From Candidatus Uhrbacteria bacterium (GTDB lineage Bacteria > Patescibacteriota > Patescibacteriia > UBA9934), in contig JABHCP010000011.1 of assembly GCA_018673485.1 (NCBI GenBank), forward strand, positions 5,417 to 69,416: 64,000 nt of DNA. The letters run 5' to 3'. The translations under genes were made by a program, and so were the position numbers. Shown piece by piece: positions 31,531 to 40,298 of this stretch (its first letter is position 1; each line of letters opens with the position of its first letter). Under the pieces are notes generated by a model, which searched no databases, was not told the DNA's origin, and saw nothing but the letters and a program-made list of their open reading frames with translations.

Positions 31531-31594
31531 TGTGTAAAAAATACGTCAGGCCGCTAATTCTCCCAGTATATAAATATTAATAAAAGTATTTACT

Positions 31595-31828
31595 ATGATA
31601 AAAAAGAATCCATTTAAGGCCTATCTTGAGGCCAATAATCTAACGGCATACAAGGTTACCAAGGTAGTTCCATCGGAGTTTTGCGCTACCATCTATCGAC
31701 TAGCCACTCTTAAGTACCCCAGTGAATTGTCCCGCAAAAAAATAGAAGTGATCGCAATGCTTAAATGTAAAACGGGGGTCGATATGTTTGAGTGGTATGT
31801 AGAGTATCTTAAAGATCAGGAAAAATAA
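31595..31828 (+). CDS. hypothetical small protein
   Basis: ORF only. Confidence 0.35.
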   Translation: MIKKNPFKAYLEANNLTAYKVTKVVPSEFCATIYRLATLKYPSELSRKKIEVIAMLKCKTGVDMFEWYVEYLKDQEK

Positions 31829-31855
31829 GTTTATCTAGAATATCAATTCTTAATT

Positions 31856-32134
31856 TTAAAACATCACTACTTTATATTCATCTGTAATTAATCGGCCACC
31901 TTCGCAGCTATAACAGGGCAGGTCATATTCCGTTGACATATATTCACCACCACAAAATTTGCAAACATCAGCCTCTCCTTTTTCAATTTTGGATTTTTTA
32001 TAACAATCTAGGCAATATTTTTGCTCCATCGCTTTTCCATGTACTTCCACTAGCATAGTTTCCCGTTCACTCCTTTGTGAAAGTGTTAGTTGCGATTTGC
32101 ATTTATTGCATTTATATATTTGTGTACTTGCCAT
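31856..32134 (-). CDS. Cys-rich zinc-ribbon protein
   Basis: CNKC...CLDC...CKFC...CYSC pairs. Confidence 0.45.
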   Translation of the reverse strand: MASTQIYKCNKCKSQLTLSQRSERETMLVEVHGKAMEQKYCLDCYKKSKIEKGEADVCKFCGGEYMSTEYDLPCYSCEGGRLITDEYKVVMF

Positions 32135-32210
32135 ATAGTTTATAGTCCCGCATTTTTAATTATAAATCAAACAAACCTACAGAATACCGGCTCTAATTCT
32201 TGCCAGTTAA

Positions 32211-32262
32211 CAGTTCTGAACCCGTTCAGTATTCGGAGCCAGTGGGACTCGAACTAGTAATG
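32211..32262 (+). promoter_or_regulatory. upstream module U1: palindrome CTGAACCCGTTCAG + TATTCGGAGCCA + hairpin/T-run, precedes gene 32306
   Basis: shared with modules at 32941, 34345, 35475. Confidence 0.55.
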
Positions 32263-32305
32263 GTTCGAGTTTTGCTTTATAGTTAGAAAAGAATTTAGAT
32301 CTGAA

Positions 32306-32887
32306 ATGAATTTTATGAAAATACTCGACCATTTATCAAGTAATTGGACCAGACTTTCTACCGCAAAGAAAATGCTGGTTATTTTCTTGTTTGTGCTATT
32401 TTTTCTAAATTCTAATATTACAGCAATAAATCGTGGCCCATGCGTTTCATCACCTTGTGGCGGTGAAAGTTTTAGTTTTTCAGATTCAATGGTCGATATA
32501 GGTAGTAATCCGAGTTATTACATTCACACCGAATCAAACCCAATTCTTGCCCCTACTTCGTTGTTGTTATTATTAACCCCCTATGAAAAAGAGGTTGGAT
32601 TTAGTTTTCTGCAATTTCTTGCTATCGGGTTTGACAACAATCCAGATCATGAAATCGATAAAGCAGATGATGAGAACCGGGCAAGAGTAGCTTACATATT
32701 AGTTAAGGCAATTATCTTACTAAGTTTTCCATTTTGGCTGCTCGTTTCATTGTTGATTGTTAAGAAATGGTATTTCATCGTTCCTGCAATACTAGTTCTA
32801 TTTATAATTTCGTTTTTATCATTCTTCAATTTGTTTGTAATTTCTGATATGGGGGTAACAACAGCAACGTGGAACTGGCTATTTTGA
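32306..32887 (+). CDS. hypothetical membrane protein
   Basis: ORF with TM helices. Confidence 0.5.
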   Translation: MNFMKILDHLSSNWTRLSTAKKMLVIFLFVLFFLNSNITAINRGPCVSSPCGGESFSFSDSMVDIGSNPSYYIHTESNPILAPTSLLLLLTPYEKEVGFSFLQFLAIGFDNNPDHEIDKADDENRARVAYILVKAIILLSFPFWLLVSLLIVKKWYFIVPAILVLFIISFLSFFNLFVISDMGVTTATWNWLF

Positions 32888-32940
32888 TTTATAGATTTGA
32901 TACTTGATTAATTGCAAGCTCAAGCTGATCCCATCTCACC

Positions 32941-32998
32941 GTCCTGAACCCGTTCAGTATTCGAGGCCAACGATAAGCCTCAGTTTTCACTGAGGTTT
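32941..32998 (+). promoter_or_regulatory. upstream module U2: CTGAACCCGTTCAG + tattcgaggcca + terminator hairpin cctcagttttcactgagg-ttttt; TATAAT 5 nt before ATG 33071
   Basis: read directly. Confidence 0.55.
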
Positions 32999-33070
32999 TT
33001 CGTTTATAAATCCACTGACCCCGGATGGGGTTCGAACTGTGATAGAATTATTTGTGAAATATAATCATTT

Positions 33071-34270
33071 ATGAAAAATTCAGAAATACAATCTTTCCAA
33101 CCTGAAAGTGGTGAATCTAAAAAAGAACTTCTTCCAGAGCAGAAACGTAGACTTTCAGAGGTTTGGGAAAGTGTTATATTGGGAACGGATAAAAAAACCG
33201 AGCAAGATGTTGAATCCTTGTCGTCAGTAGAATTAAGAGATTTGTTGCACGGGCTACTTATGCAAGAAGGTGAAGCTCTTCTTGAGGAATGGGGTATTCA
33301 AGTTGACGAGAGTTTGACTGAACGAATTCAACAAGAAGAAGATGAAGTAGAGAAGGCTCAGCTAGAACTGCATTACATTAGACAAATACACGAACAGATA
33401 GATGGGCTAGTGCAGGAATTTGACCGTTCCAAGCCTAAAAGTACAAAGTGGAATTCTTGGCCAGATAGAATGCGTGAGAAAAAAGAATTCAATTGTGTTG
33501 GTGCTATGTTATTAGGTTCTGCTTTACTTGAAAAAGCAGGAATACAGCAGTTTACGGGAAATCCCCCAAGTCATGTTGTAAATATCGTTCGTTTATCAAA
33601 TGGTGATTGGTGGTATGTTGATTTTATGAACGGAAAAAATAATGCACAGCGAATTGAACCAACTGAAAAAGAAATTGCTGGACATCGAGTATTGGATATT
33701 AATCATCCCACGATTGATTATCGTTTAATTCCAATAACACCAAAAGAGGAGGTTGGCACTTATGTAATTGGCAACTTGGCCAGTTTGCAAAAAGACGCTT
33801 ACGACGCAATCGATGATGAACAAAGTGATGATATTGAGGTTGAAGAGGCTGTTAAATATGCGAAGAAACACAATCTATTGGAAATGGATGATTTGAGTGA
33901 ATATGGTGCATATTTATTTCCTCACGATGTGCATATTAATGAAACAGCAGAAATGAAAGAGGAGTCAGTAAGGATTGAAAGAATTCATGACAGAGACGGC
34001 ATTGCAAAAGATTCTATCGCTGGATTGTCAAGAGAGAAAATCATAGAGATGATGCAAGAAATTTCTAAAAGAGAAAGTGAGATTAGAAAATTCTTTTATG
34101 AAGATGATGATTCTGTTATAGGAAAGGCTACACCAGAACTAAAAAAGTTTTTGAATACATATCGTGACGGTTTGGTAGATTTGAAGGAGTCACAACGGGA
34201 AGAATATGAAGAAGCGATAGAAAGGATGTTAAAAAAAGTTATTTTGTTTGTAGTAAAAGAGGAAGATTAA
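33071..34270 (+). CDS. transglutaminase-like cysteine protease-fold protein
   Basis: Cys-His-Asp layout NCVGAMLLGSALLEKAGI...SHVVNIV...GDWWYVDFMNG. Confidence 0.5.
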   Translation: MKNSEIQSFQPESGESKKELLPEQKRRLSEVWESVILGTDKKTEQDVESLSSVELRDLLHGLLMQEGEALLEEWGIQVDESLTERIQQEEDEVEKAQLELHYIRQIHEQIDGLVQEFDRSKPKSTKWNSWPDRMREKKEFNCVGAMLLGSALLEKAGIQQFTGNPPSHVVNIVRLSNGDWWYVDFMNGKNNAQRIEPTEKEIAGHRVLDINHPTIDYRLIPITPKEEVGTYVIGNLASLQKDAYDAIDDEQSDDIEVEEAVKYAKKHNLLEMDDLSEYGAYLFPHDVHINETAEMKEESVRIERIHDRDGIAKDSIAGLSREKIIEMMQEISKRESEIRKFFYEDDDSVIGKATPELKKFLNTYRDGLVDLKESQREEYEEAIERMLKKVILFVVKEED

Positions 34271-34344
34271 ACAGTAGTAAAAGGCATTTGCTGAAACCTA
34301 TCCATACTGATTTTAACTATTTTATAAATCCCACACAGTTCGGT

Positions 34345-34423
34345 AATCAGGTAATCCTTGGAGCCAATAATCCTGCGCTAATTTCAGTGGAGGATTTTTG
34401 ATACCCAAATGTAATTCAGAACT
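34345..34423 (+). promoter_or_regulatory. upstream module U3 (degenerate palindrome, ggagccaataatcct hairpin, T-run, TGgTAAAAT extended -10)
   Basis: near-identical to U4 over about 70 nt. Confidence 0.55.
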
Positions 34424-34444
34424 ATGGTAAAATATTTGTGTATG

Positions 34445-35434
34445 AATGAATTTTTGAAAAGTCCTGAAGCTAAAAAATCGGAGCCAGAAGTTAAGTTTTT
34501 CTTTTCAGCACATGGAACACCTGAAGACTATAGGGGTATCGAGCAGGCATTCAGTGAAGCTGATATTTACGTACTTGAATCTCATGCTTGGAAAGATGGC
34601 GATCTCGAAGAATTAAGATCAATCGCAAGTGGGGACACTGTCCCAACTCATATTAGTGAGGGACGAGAACCGAAGGATGCTATAGAATACGAGGAGGAGC
34701 TTTTATATAAGAGCGGAAAGCGGGTTGAGATCGTAGATGTGCCAATGGAGCATGAATTAGCTAATGAAGATGATGGCTCGAGCAAATACAATGATATTGT
34801 AGATCGGTTTGTAGCACAGGGGGATTTAAATAGCTCAGTAGAGAGCTTGCAGGATACGGCAAGGCAAAATGCTGACTACATAAAAAAGAAAGATGATTAT
34901 GTAGAAAAAGAACTCAAAAAACTCATAGACCAGATTGCAGACGAGTCCCCAGAGGCAAAGATACTTGTACAAATGGGTTCTTCACATTCGGGAATCTCGC
35001 ATAAATTAAGAAAAGAGGGCGTGGCTAAGCGAGTAATGAATGAAGTTCGTTATGATTTCAACGATGAGCTTTTACGAACTTTTCGCTTCAATAAGGAGCC
35101 GAATACGGAGTTAATTTCAAGATCATTAATTGAACAGACAATAAAACGATTCTTTTTTGATGAAATGATAAAGGTTCCATATTTATTAAGAAATAAATTT
35201 TTCAGAGATACTCTTTCGGACATTTCCACTGAACAAGTCCAACAAATGGGACAGATTATGGAGTCTAGATACTTTGACGAAATGATTATGGGAGGCGGTG
35301 ATGATACGCCCGAAACAAATAGAGTGATATTCGTCTATGCATGGGAGGCTGTGATAGGGTCTGATATAAATCTTCTAATATCCCAACTTGAAATGCAGGT
35401 CTCTAACGATGACAAGAAGGAAGATGATGTTTAG
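34445..35434 (+). CDS. hypothetical acidic protein (ORF track start 34424 lies within the -10 element)
   Basis: ORF; leaderless arrangement. Confidence 0.45.
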   Translation, partial: NEFLKSPEAKKSEPEVKFFFSAHGTPEDYRGIEQAFSEADIYVLESHAWKDGDLEELRSIASGDTVPTHISEGREPKDAIEYEEELLYKSGKRVEIVDVPMEHELANEDDGSSKYNDIVDRFVAQGDLNSSVESLQDTARQNADYIKKKDDYVEKELKKLIDQIADESPEAKILVQMGSSHSGISHKLRKEGVAKRVMNEVRYDFNDELLRTFRFNKEPNTELISRSLIEQTIKRFFFDEMIKVPYLLRNKFFRDTLSDISTEQVQQMGQIMESRYFDEMIMGGGDDTPETNRVIFVYAWEAVIGSDINLLISQLEMQVSNDDKKEDDV

Positions 35435-35474
35435 GCGAATCGATGCATACTTTGATTAACTCTACCCCAATCAA

Positions 35475-35579
35475 CAGTCCTGAACCCGTTCAGTATTCGG
35501 AGCCAATAATCCTTCGCTAATTTCAGCGGAGGATTATTTATACCAAAATATAATTCAGAACTGGTATAATATTTCGTGT
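35475..35579 (+). promoter_or_regulatory. upstream module U4: CTGAACCCGTTCAG + tattcggagccaataatcc hairpin + T-run + TGgTATAAT extended -10, 9 nt before ATG
   Basis: read directly. Confidence 0.6.
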
Positions 35580-36302
35580 ATGGATAAAAATAAGCACAAG
35601 ATGATAGTCACCGCATCCTTTTTTAGCATTTTTCTTCTTTGCATATTAAATATAGGAATTATTTTTCTCGATTCACATGTAAGCTTCTGGGAAATGAGCC
35701 TTATGGTTGGATTTATATTATTAATACAAAGTATCTATCTACTCACACGAACTAAATATATTAAGGTAATATTTTTCATTCTGCTTGTGGTAGTTTCAAT
35801 AACATTATTTTTTGTAAATTCGCCATGGAAATTAATCGATACCTCTCAAATGTACTGGATTTGGCAGTATGAGAATTTAGAACCATATTCTTTTACTTTA
35901 TCTGGGCTTGATTTTGAAGCCCCATGCCCCTCCAGCCCCACAATAACTGATACTCAATTTAATTGTGAGAATGGTTTATTGAAAATCGACGTTACTCAAG
36001 ACAACGGCTTTGCTTTTGCGCTTGCAAGTAATGGAGTGTCCATAGGTCATGCACCGATGACTTACCCAGTCCTACATGGAATGTCGCCATTTTCTAGCAT
36101 ATCACTGCATCTGGATGAAGATAATTGCATAACGGCATTACCCCTAATCGCATATGAAGATGTTAGAATTGATTTTTCAGCAAAAGTTTGCGGAGATGAA
36201 GGTGATACTAAGGGTGCAATAACCTCACTTTGGGAACAACGTGCCGAACCTTTAATGAAAGGGGTATCATTCCCAGATGGAGGATACATTTCGGAGTATT
36301 AG
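35580..36302 (+). CDS. hypothetical membrane protein
   Basis: N-terminal TM helices. Confidence 0.5.
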   Translation: MDKNKHKMIVTASFFSIFLLCILNIGIIFLDSHVSFWEMSLMVGFILLIQSIYLLTRTKYIKVIFFILLVVVSITLFFVNSPWKLIDTSQMYWIWQYENLEPYSFTLSGLDFEAPCPSSPTITDTQFNCENGLLKIDVTQDNGFAFALASNGVSIGHAPMTYPVLHGMSPFSSISLHLDEDNCITALPLIAYEDVRIDFSAKVCGDEGDTKGAITSLWEQRAEPLMKGVSFPDGGYISEY

Positions 36303-36311
36303 ACTACATCA

Positions 36312-36929
36312 ATGATTAATATGACAAAGCAAATCAATAAAGTGAACTTCCTTATTCATCCTGGTTGGTTTTATGAATATGCAGTTCAAGATGCGGTGCA
36401 TTATGAAGGCAGTATAGATGAACAGGTTAGAGAAGCGGGTGAGAAGATGCTCGATAGTTATTTGAAACATGTGAAGAGCATTGGGGAAGATGAGATACTT
36501 TTTGTTTTCGCTACTTCATCAGTAGAAAGTATGTTGAACATGAAGGATGAGGGTTTTGGTAAGTCACTCGATACTCTGAGGGAAATAAAAGGTCAACTGG
36601 GAAGGCGTGCAATTATCATCACCGATCCTTTAATAGAAATTAGCAGTGGTGGCGAGAACGTATACAAGAAAGCAAGGCAAATGGCCTTAGCTAGAGGATT
36701 TGAATTTGGCAAGGATGTAACGAGTGAGGCATTTGGTGAGCAGTTGGGTAATTGTGTGGAAAATGGGGCAGAAAAATTCAATGAGATTGAAGGTTTTAGT
36801 ATAAAGACCCTTATTAGACCAGAGCTTTCTGACGCTCCCCATGAACTATTCGGTGAGTACGATCCCAAAGCTCATGAGAAGGAGATGCTCGAAGGTGAAG
36901 ATGGACTTAAAAGAGTTCGTTACAATTAG
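36312..36929 (+). CDS. hypothetical protein
   Basis: ORF only. Confidence 0.45.
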   Translation: MINMTKQINKVNFLIHPGWFYEYAVQDAVHYEGSIDEQVREAGEKMLDSYLKHVKSIGEDEILFVFATSSVESMLNMKDEGFGKSLDTLREIKGQLGRRAIIITDPLIEISSGGENVYKKARQMALARGFEFGKDVTSEAFGEQLGNCVENGAEKFNEIEGFSIKTLIRPELSDAPHELFGEYDPKAHEKEMLEGEDGLKRVRYN

Positions 36930-36944
36930 CCAATCAGCATTGAT

Positions 36945-37106
36945 ATGAATATTAAAATCAAAGTTTTACTTTTCATCTTAGCAATATTGACGGGTGTATT
37001 TATGTTCGTATATGCTGGAATAGATGACAGCCCAGGTGGGCAGTTAATCGGAGTCATAGTATCTATCTTTGGTGCCGTTAGTTTGATAGGGATTAAGAAT
37101 AAGTAA
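36945..37106 (+). CDS. small 2-TM membrane protein (53 aa), paralog of 40122-40298
   Basis: MNIKIKVLLFILAILTGVFMFVYAGIDDSPGGQLIGVIVSIFGAVSLIGIKNK; ORF-track antisense ORF 36926-37114 rejected. Confidence 0.5.
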   Translation: MNIKIKVLLFILAILTGVFMFVYAGIDDSPGGQLIGVIVSIFGAVSLIGIKNK

Positions 37107-37128
37107 GATTTCATTAAAGTAATGTTAT

Positions 37129-37785
37129 ATGAATAGGCGACAAAATGGCCATGATAGTTTCAAAAATCCAAACGATATTCATGACTCCACAACAAAGGAG
37201 GAGATTGAGCGCGAAGTAGATCAAGAAGTGCTCATGAAACAAGCCACCTTCGAGTTTGATGTGGAAGATTTGGATGCTAACAAGGCCAGGCTTTTAGAAA
37301 GTCTGGAGGCAGATATTTTGCGCATTCTTGAAGAATGGAATGTAGCAGTTGGTGATTTGCTGGAGCGCGAATCACGAATAAGTCCAAGGATGAGAGATTT
37401 TATTGAGAAGAGCAATCTTGATCTTCCAACGTTCACCGTTCAATTAAAAGAGCGGTCTGATGAATTTTTGAAAGAGGTGAGCATAGATGCTGAAATTGAT
37501 GATGGTAGTTTTTTGGTCACTTTCAACCTTCCTAAGCCAATGGGTCAATTTTGGTGGAAAGGTGGCGCCCATGAATGGGGTCAGGCCGCCAAAGATGTCC
37601 GTGAAATGGTTATTGAATGGGGGCGTATGTATAGACGTCTTATACCGATCGTATGGAGTGCAACAGATAATGCTGACGTTTACTATCAACGTATTAATCC
37701 GATTGGAATGCATGATCCTAAAAAATATTACTACATTTGGGAAATGAGCGATGAACCTGCGGACTCTTATGACGCAGATTGGTAA
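37129..37785 (+). CDS. hypothetical protein
   Basis: ORF only. Confidence 0.45.
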   Translation: MNRRQNGHDSFKNPNDIHDSTTKEEIEREVDQEVLMKQATFEFDVEDLDANKARLLESLEADILRILEEWNVAVGDLLERESRISPRMRDFIEKSNLDLPTFTVQLKERSDEFLKEVSIDAEIDDGSFLVTFNLPKPMGQFWWKGGAHEWGQAAKDVREMVIEWGRMYRRLIPIVWSATDNADVYYQRINPIGMHDPKKYYYIWEMSDEPADSYDADW

Positions 37786-37849
37786 TAGATTGGATATTTT
37801 AATAAACAAAAAAGATAGCATAAGGCCTATCTTTTTTGTTTATCCGTAA

Positions 37850-38995
37850 CTATTTAAGCTTTTGAACTTGGTCGTATAGTAGTCCGAGGATTGAGCCTAG
37901 AACTGTTACGTATACTATGCAAACTGCTAGCCAGCCGATAATAGGGATTAGTGTTAGTAATGACATTAGTACAACACCGAGTAGGATTCCGTACCATGTT
38001 ATCGCTGTGTTGCTTTGCTTTTTGAACATTCTAATGATCACATTACCAAGCACTGTACCCGTGTAAGCTGTGGCGATAATTGTCAGCAAGCATGCTGCTG
38101 GGGCGAGAGCTGTTGCAAAGGGCCAACCTATGGCGCTAATTAACAAGAGTATTGTTGCAACTGGCACAACGATAACTGTAACGAGCCCAGTCATGAGGCT
38201 GATTGCAAACTTCTTGGTAGAACGATCAGCAATTAATGATGCTGTCTTTGGCCACACTAATCCAACGATCATGCTAATAACTAATATACCGAGGAACTTA
38301 ATAAAAAGTGCGAGTGAGCTAAGTGCTGAGAGAGGTCCGCTAATGTCATCAAGGCCGAAGTCTGATTTAACATTTGTCGCGGCAACACTTTCAACAAAGA
38401 CAACTTCACTGATGTTTGCGTCACCAAAATCAACTTCTTCATCTGTGTGATAAGTCAAAATTCCATCAATCTGCGCTCCGGAACCGATTGTAATTTCGTC
38501 TACATATGCAACGACGTTTCCTAGCACTGTTCCGTTGATGATCGCACTTCCCGCGCCAAGAACCAGGTCGCCATGGATTGTCCCGTCGATAATTACAGCC
38601 GCTGCACCAATGTGCGCGTCACCTTGAACTTCCGAAGTTACCTGCACCAGACTTCCAGCTGCAAAAAGCTCATCTCCAATATTTCCACCTATAATAACGC
38701 TACTTCCTCCAATGCGGGCATCACCTGCAATGTCACCGGTAATAATAACTTGCGATCCAGCTGCAAAAAGGTCCTCTGACACATCGCTCGTCACGTTAAC
38801 ACTGGCACCGGCCACAAACACATCGCTACTCACGGGCGCTGATACGGTAACCATACTTGCCGCCACATAAACATCCTCAGACATCGCCTCATTCACCGAA
38901 ACCTGCTCTCCTGACTCAAAATACGCAGCTGACGCCGTTATTGGCAACGAGAGCGCGATAAAGAGCATCAGAGATACTTTCATTACATTCTTCAT
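37850..38995 (-). CDS. secreted beta-helical repeat protein (bactofilin-like repeats) with C-terminal multi-TM domain
   Basis: signal peptide; repeated V..G..V...GD..G units; hydrophobic C-terminal third. Confidence 0.5.
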   Translation of the reverse strand: MKNVMKVSLMLFIALSLPITASAAYFESGEQVSVNEAMSEDVYVAASMVTVSAPVSSDVFVAGASVNVTSDVSEDLFAAGSQVIITGDIAGDARIGGSSVIIGGNIGDELFAAGSLVQVTSEVQGDAHIGAAAVIIDGTIHGDLVLGAGSAIINGTVLGNVVAYVDEITIGSGAQIDGILTYHTDEEVDFGDANISEVVFVESVAATNVKSDFGLDDISGPLSALSSLALFIKFLGILVISMIVGLVWPKTASLIADRSTKKFAISLMTGLVTVIVVPVATILLLISAIGWPFATALAPAACLLTIIATAYTGTVLGNVIIRMFKKQSNTAITWYGILLGVVLMSLLTLIPIIGWLAVCIVYVTVLGSILGLLYDQVQKLK

Positions 38996-39058
38996 ACAAT
39001 TTTTAAAGATTTATCTATGTATAAAAGTATAGCACTTATGTAATACGGAGCGCAGACT

Positions 39059-40108
39059 ATGATAAAATGTATTCATATGAGAAAACTTTTTTCAGTTATT
39101 GGTATTAGTTCGATGATCATCCTTTCTGCTGTGTTTGCAGTAAATGCGAATGCTAATTCGAATGTTGATGGACGTATTCTTTTGCAGGTAGAAGAAAACG
39201 GAGAGGCTTGGTACGTGTTACCAGATACTAGCGAACGTTTTTATCTTGCCGATGGTGACATTGCCTATGCGGGACTTAGAACATTTGGGCTTGGTATCAC
39301 AAATAGTGACCTCGATAAGATTCCTGTGGGACTCGCGCTCGAGTCCGGTGGGGAAGACAGTGATGGTGACGGACTATCTGATCAACTCGAAGAAGCATTA
39401 CACAGTTCATTAACTGAAATTGATTCCGATCATGATGGGTATGATGATAAGACCGAAATCGAGGGTGGGTATAATCCGATAGCACTTGGTGCTATGGAGT
39501 TCGATAGTGAGCTCACCGAGCGACTCAAAGGTCAGATCCTGATTCAGGTTGAGGACTTGGGGCAAGCATGGTACCTGAATCCCGATGATGGGAAACGATA
39601 TTATATGAAAGACGGTGACGCAGCCTATGAGATCATGCGGTATTTGAGTTTAGGTATAACAAATGACGATCTTGCTACAATCACAACCGACAACAGTATG
39701 CTCGATTGCGGAGACAATAAGGCCTGCCTGGTATCCGCAGTTGAGAAAAATTACTGGGTGTCTGGTGATACCAGAATTATTAATGCAGGCGTATACATTT
39801 ATGACGTTATTTTCACGAACAATCAAACTTCGATTGATCCATACGAGGCAACCTTTACGATCGAGTTTGTAAATTGGGATTTTACAGAAGAATTTTATGA
39901 AGATTCGATTGGGTATGGAAAAACAGAGGAAGAAATTCGTGCGATGGTTCAAGAAGATAGCGCTGATTTATCTGGGTATATAGAGTCATGTAGTACGAAT
40001 GATAAAGACTCACTCCTTATATACGTTGAGAATTCGGACATCAATGAAATGTTTGATTCAATCTTGCAACCCGTAGACTTCGCAACATGCGTAGAACTCG
40101 TGTCTTGA
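39059..40108 (+). CDS. secreted protein with duplicated about 55-aa domain and TSP3-like Ca-binding DxDxDG motifs
   Basis: signal peptide; DSDGDGLSD and DSDHDGYDD motifs; internal repeat ILLQVEENGEAWYV / ILIQVEDLGQAWYL. Confidence 0.5.
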   Translation: MIKCIHMRKLFSVIGISSMIILSAVFAVNANANSNVDGRILLQVEENGEAWYVLPDTSERFYLADGDIAYAGLRTFGLGITNSDLDKIPVGLALESGGEDSDGDGLSDQLEEALHSSLTEIDSDHDGYDDKTEIEGGYNPIALGAMEFDSELTERLKGQILIQVEDLGQAWYLNPDDGKRYYMKDGDAAYEIMRYLSLGITNDDLATITTDNSMLDCGDNKACLVSAVEKNYWVSGDTRIINAGVYIYDVIFTNNQTSIDPYEATFTIEFVNWDFTEEFYEDSIGYGKTEEEIRAMVQEDSADLSGYIESCSTNDKDSLLIYVENSDINEMFDSILQPVDFATCVELVS

Positions 40109-40121
40109 TAATATCGATCCT

Positions 40122-40298
40122 ATGAGTATAAAGATCAAAATTCCAATATTCATCTTGATGATGTTGCTCGGTGTGCTCATGTTCGTATACGCCGGAGTAG
40201 ACGATAGCCCCGGAGGGCAATTGATAGGAGTTGTCGTTGTTATCCTTGGGATCGTTGGTTTGGTAAGGATCATTATTCGATGGAAAAATAATAAATGA
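40122..40298 (+). CDS. small 2-TM membrane protein (58 aa), paralog of 36945-37106
   Basis: MSIKIKIPIFILMMLLGVLMFVYAGVDDSPGGQLIGVVVVILGIVGLVRIIIRWKNNK. Confidence 0.5.
   Translation: MSIKIKIPIFILMMLLGVLMFVYAGVDDSPGGQLIGVVVVILGIVGLVRIIIRWKNNK

Larger units (their letters stand above)
23350..32140. mobile_element. integrated element at tRNA-Asn 3' end (serine recombinase, R-M, excisionase-HTH, Rep_trans-like, nucleases); right boundary uncertain and may extend to about 43.1 kb
   Basis: recombinase ORF overlaps tRNA 3' end on opposite strand; mobile-element-type gene content. Confidence 0.45.

Noticed and set aside
32214-32227. CTGAACCCGTTCAG as a LexA (Cheo-box) site
   Set aside because: The Cheo box is GAAC-N4-GTTC, whereas here the spacing is N2. 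No lexA gene is in the window.
32228-33040. tRNA fragments in upstream modules U1 and U2 (ggttcgag, ggggttcgaac words)
   Set aside because: No complete cloverleaf could be built on either strand. Only the 7-nt GGAGCCA matches the tRNA-Asn end.
36926-37114. Track ORFs 36926-37114 (-) and 40058-40273 (-)
   Set aside because: The plus-strand frames encode paralogous 2-TM proteins with sensible start contexts. The minus-strand frames are their antisense shadows.
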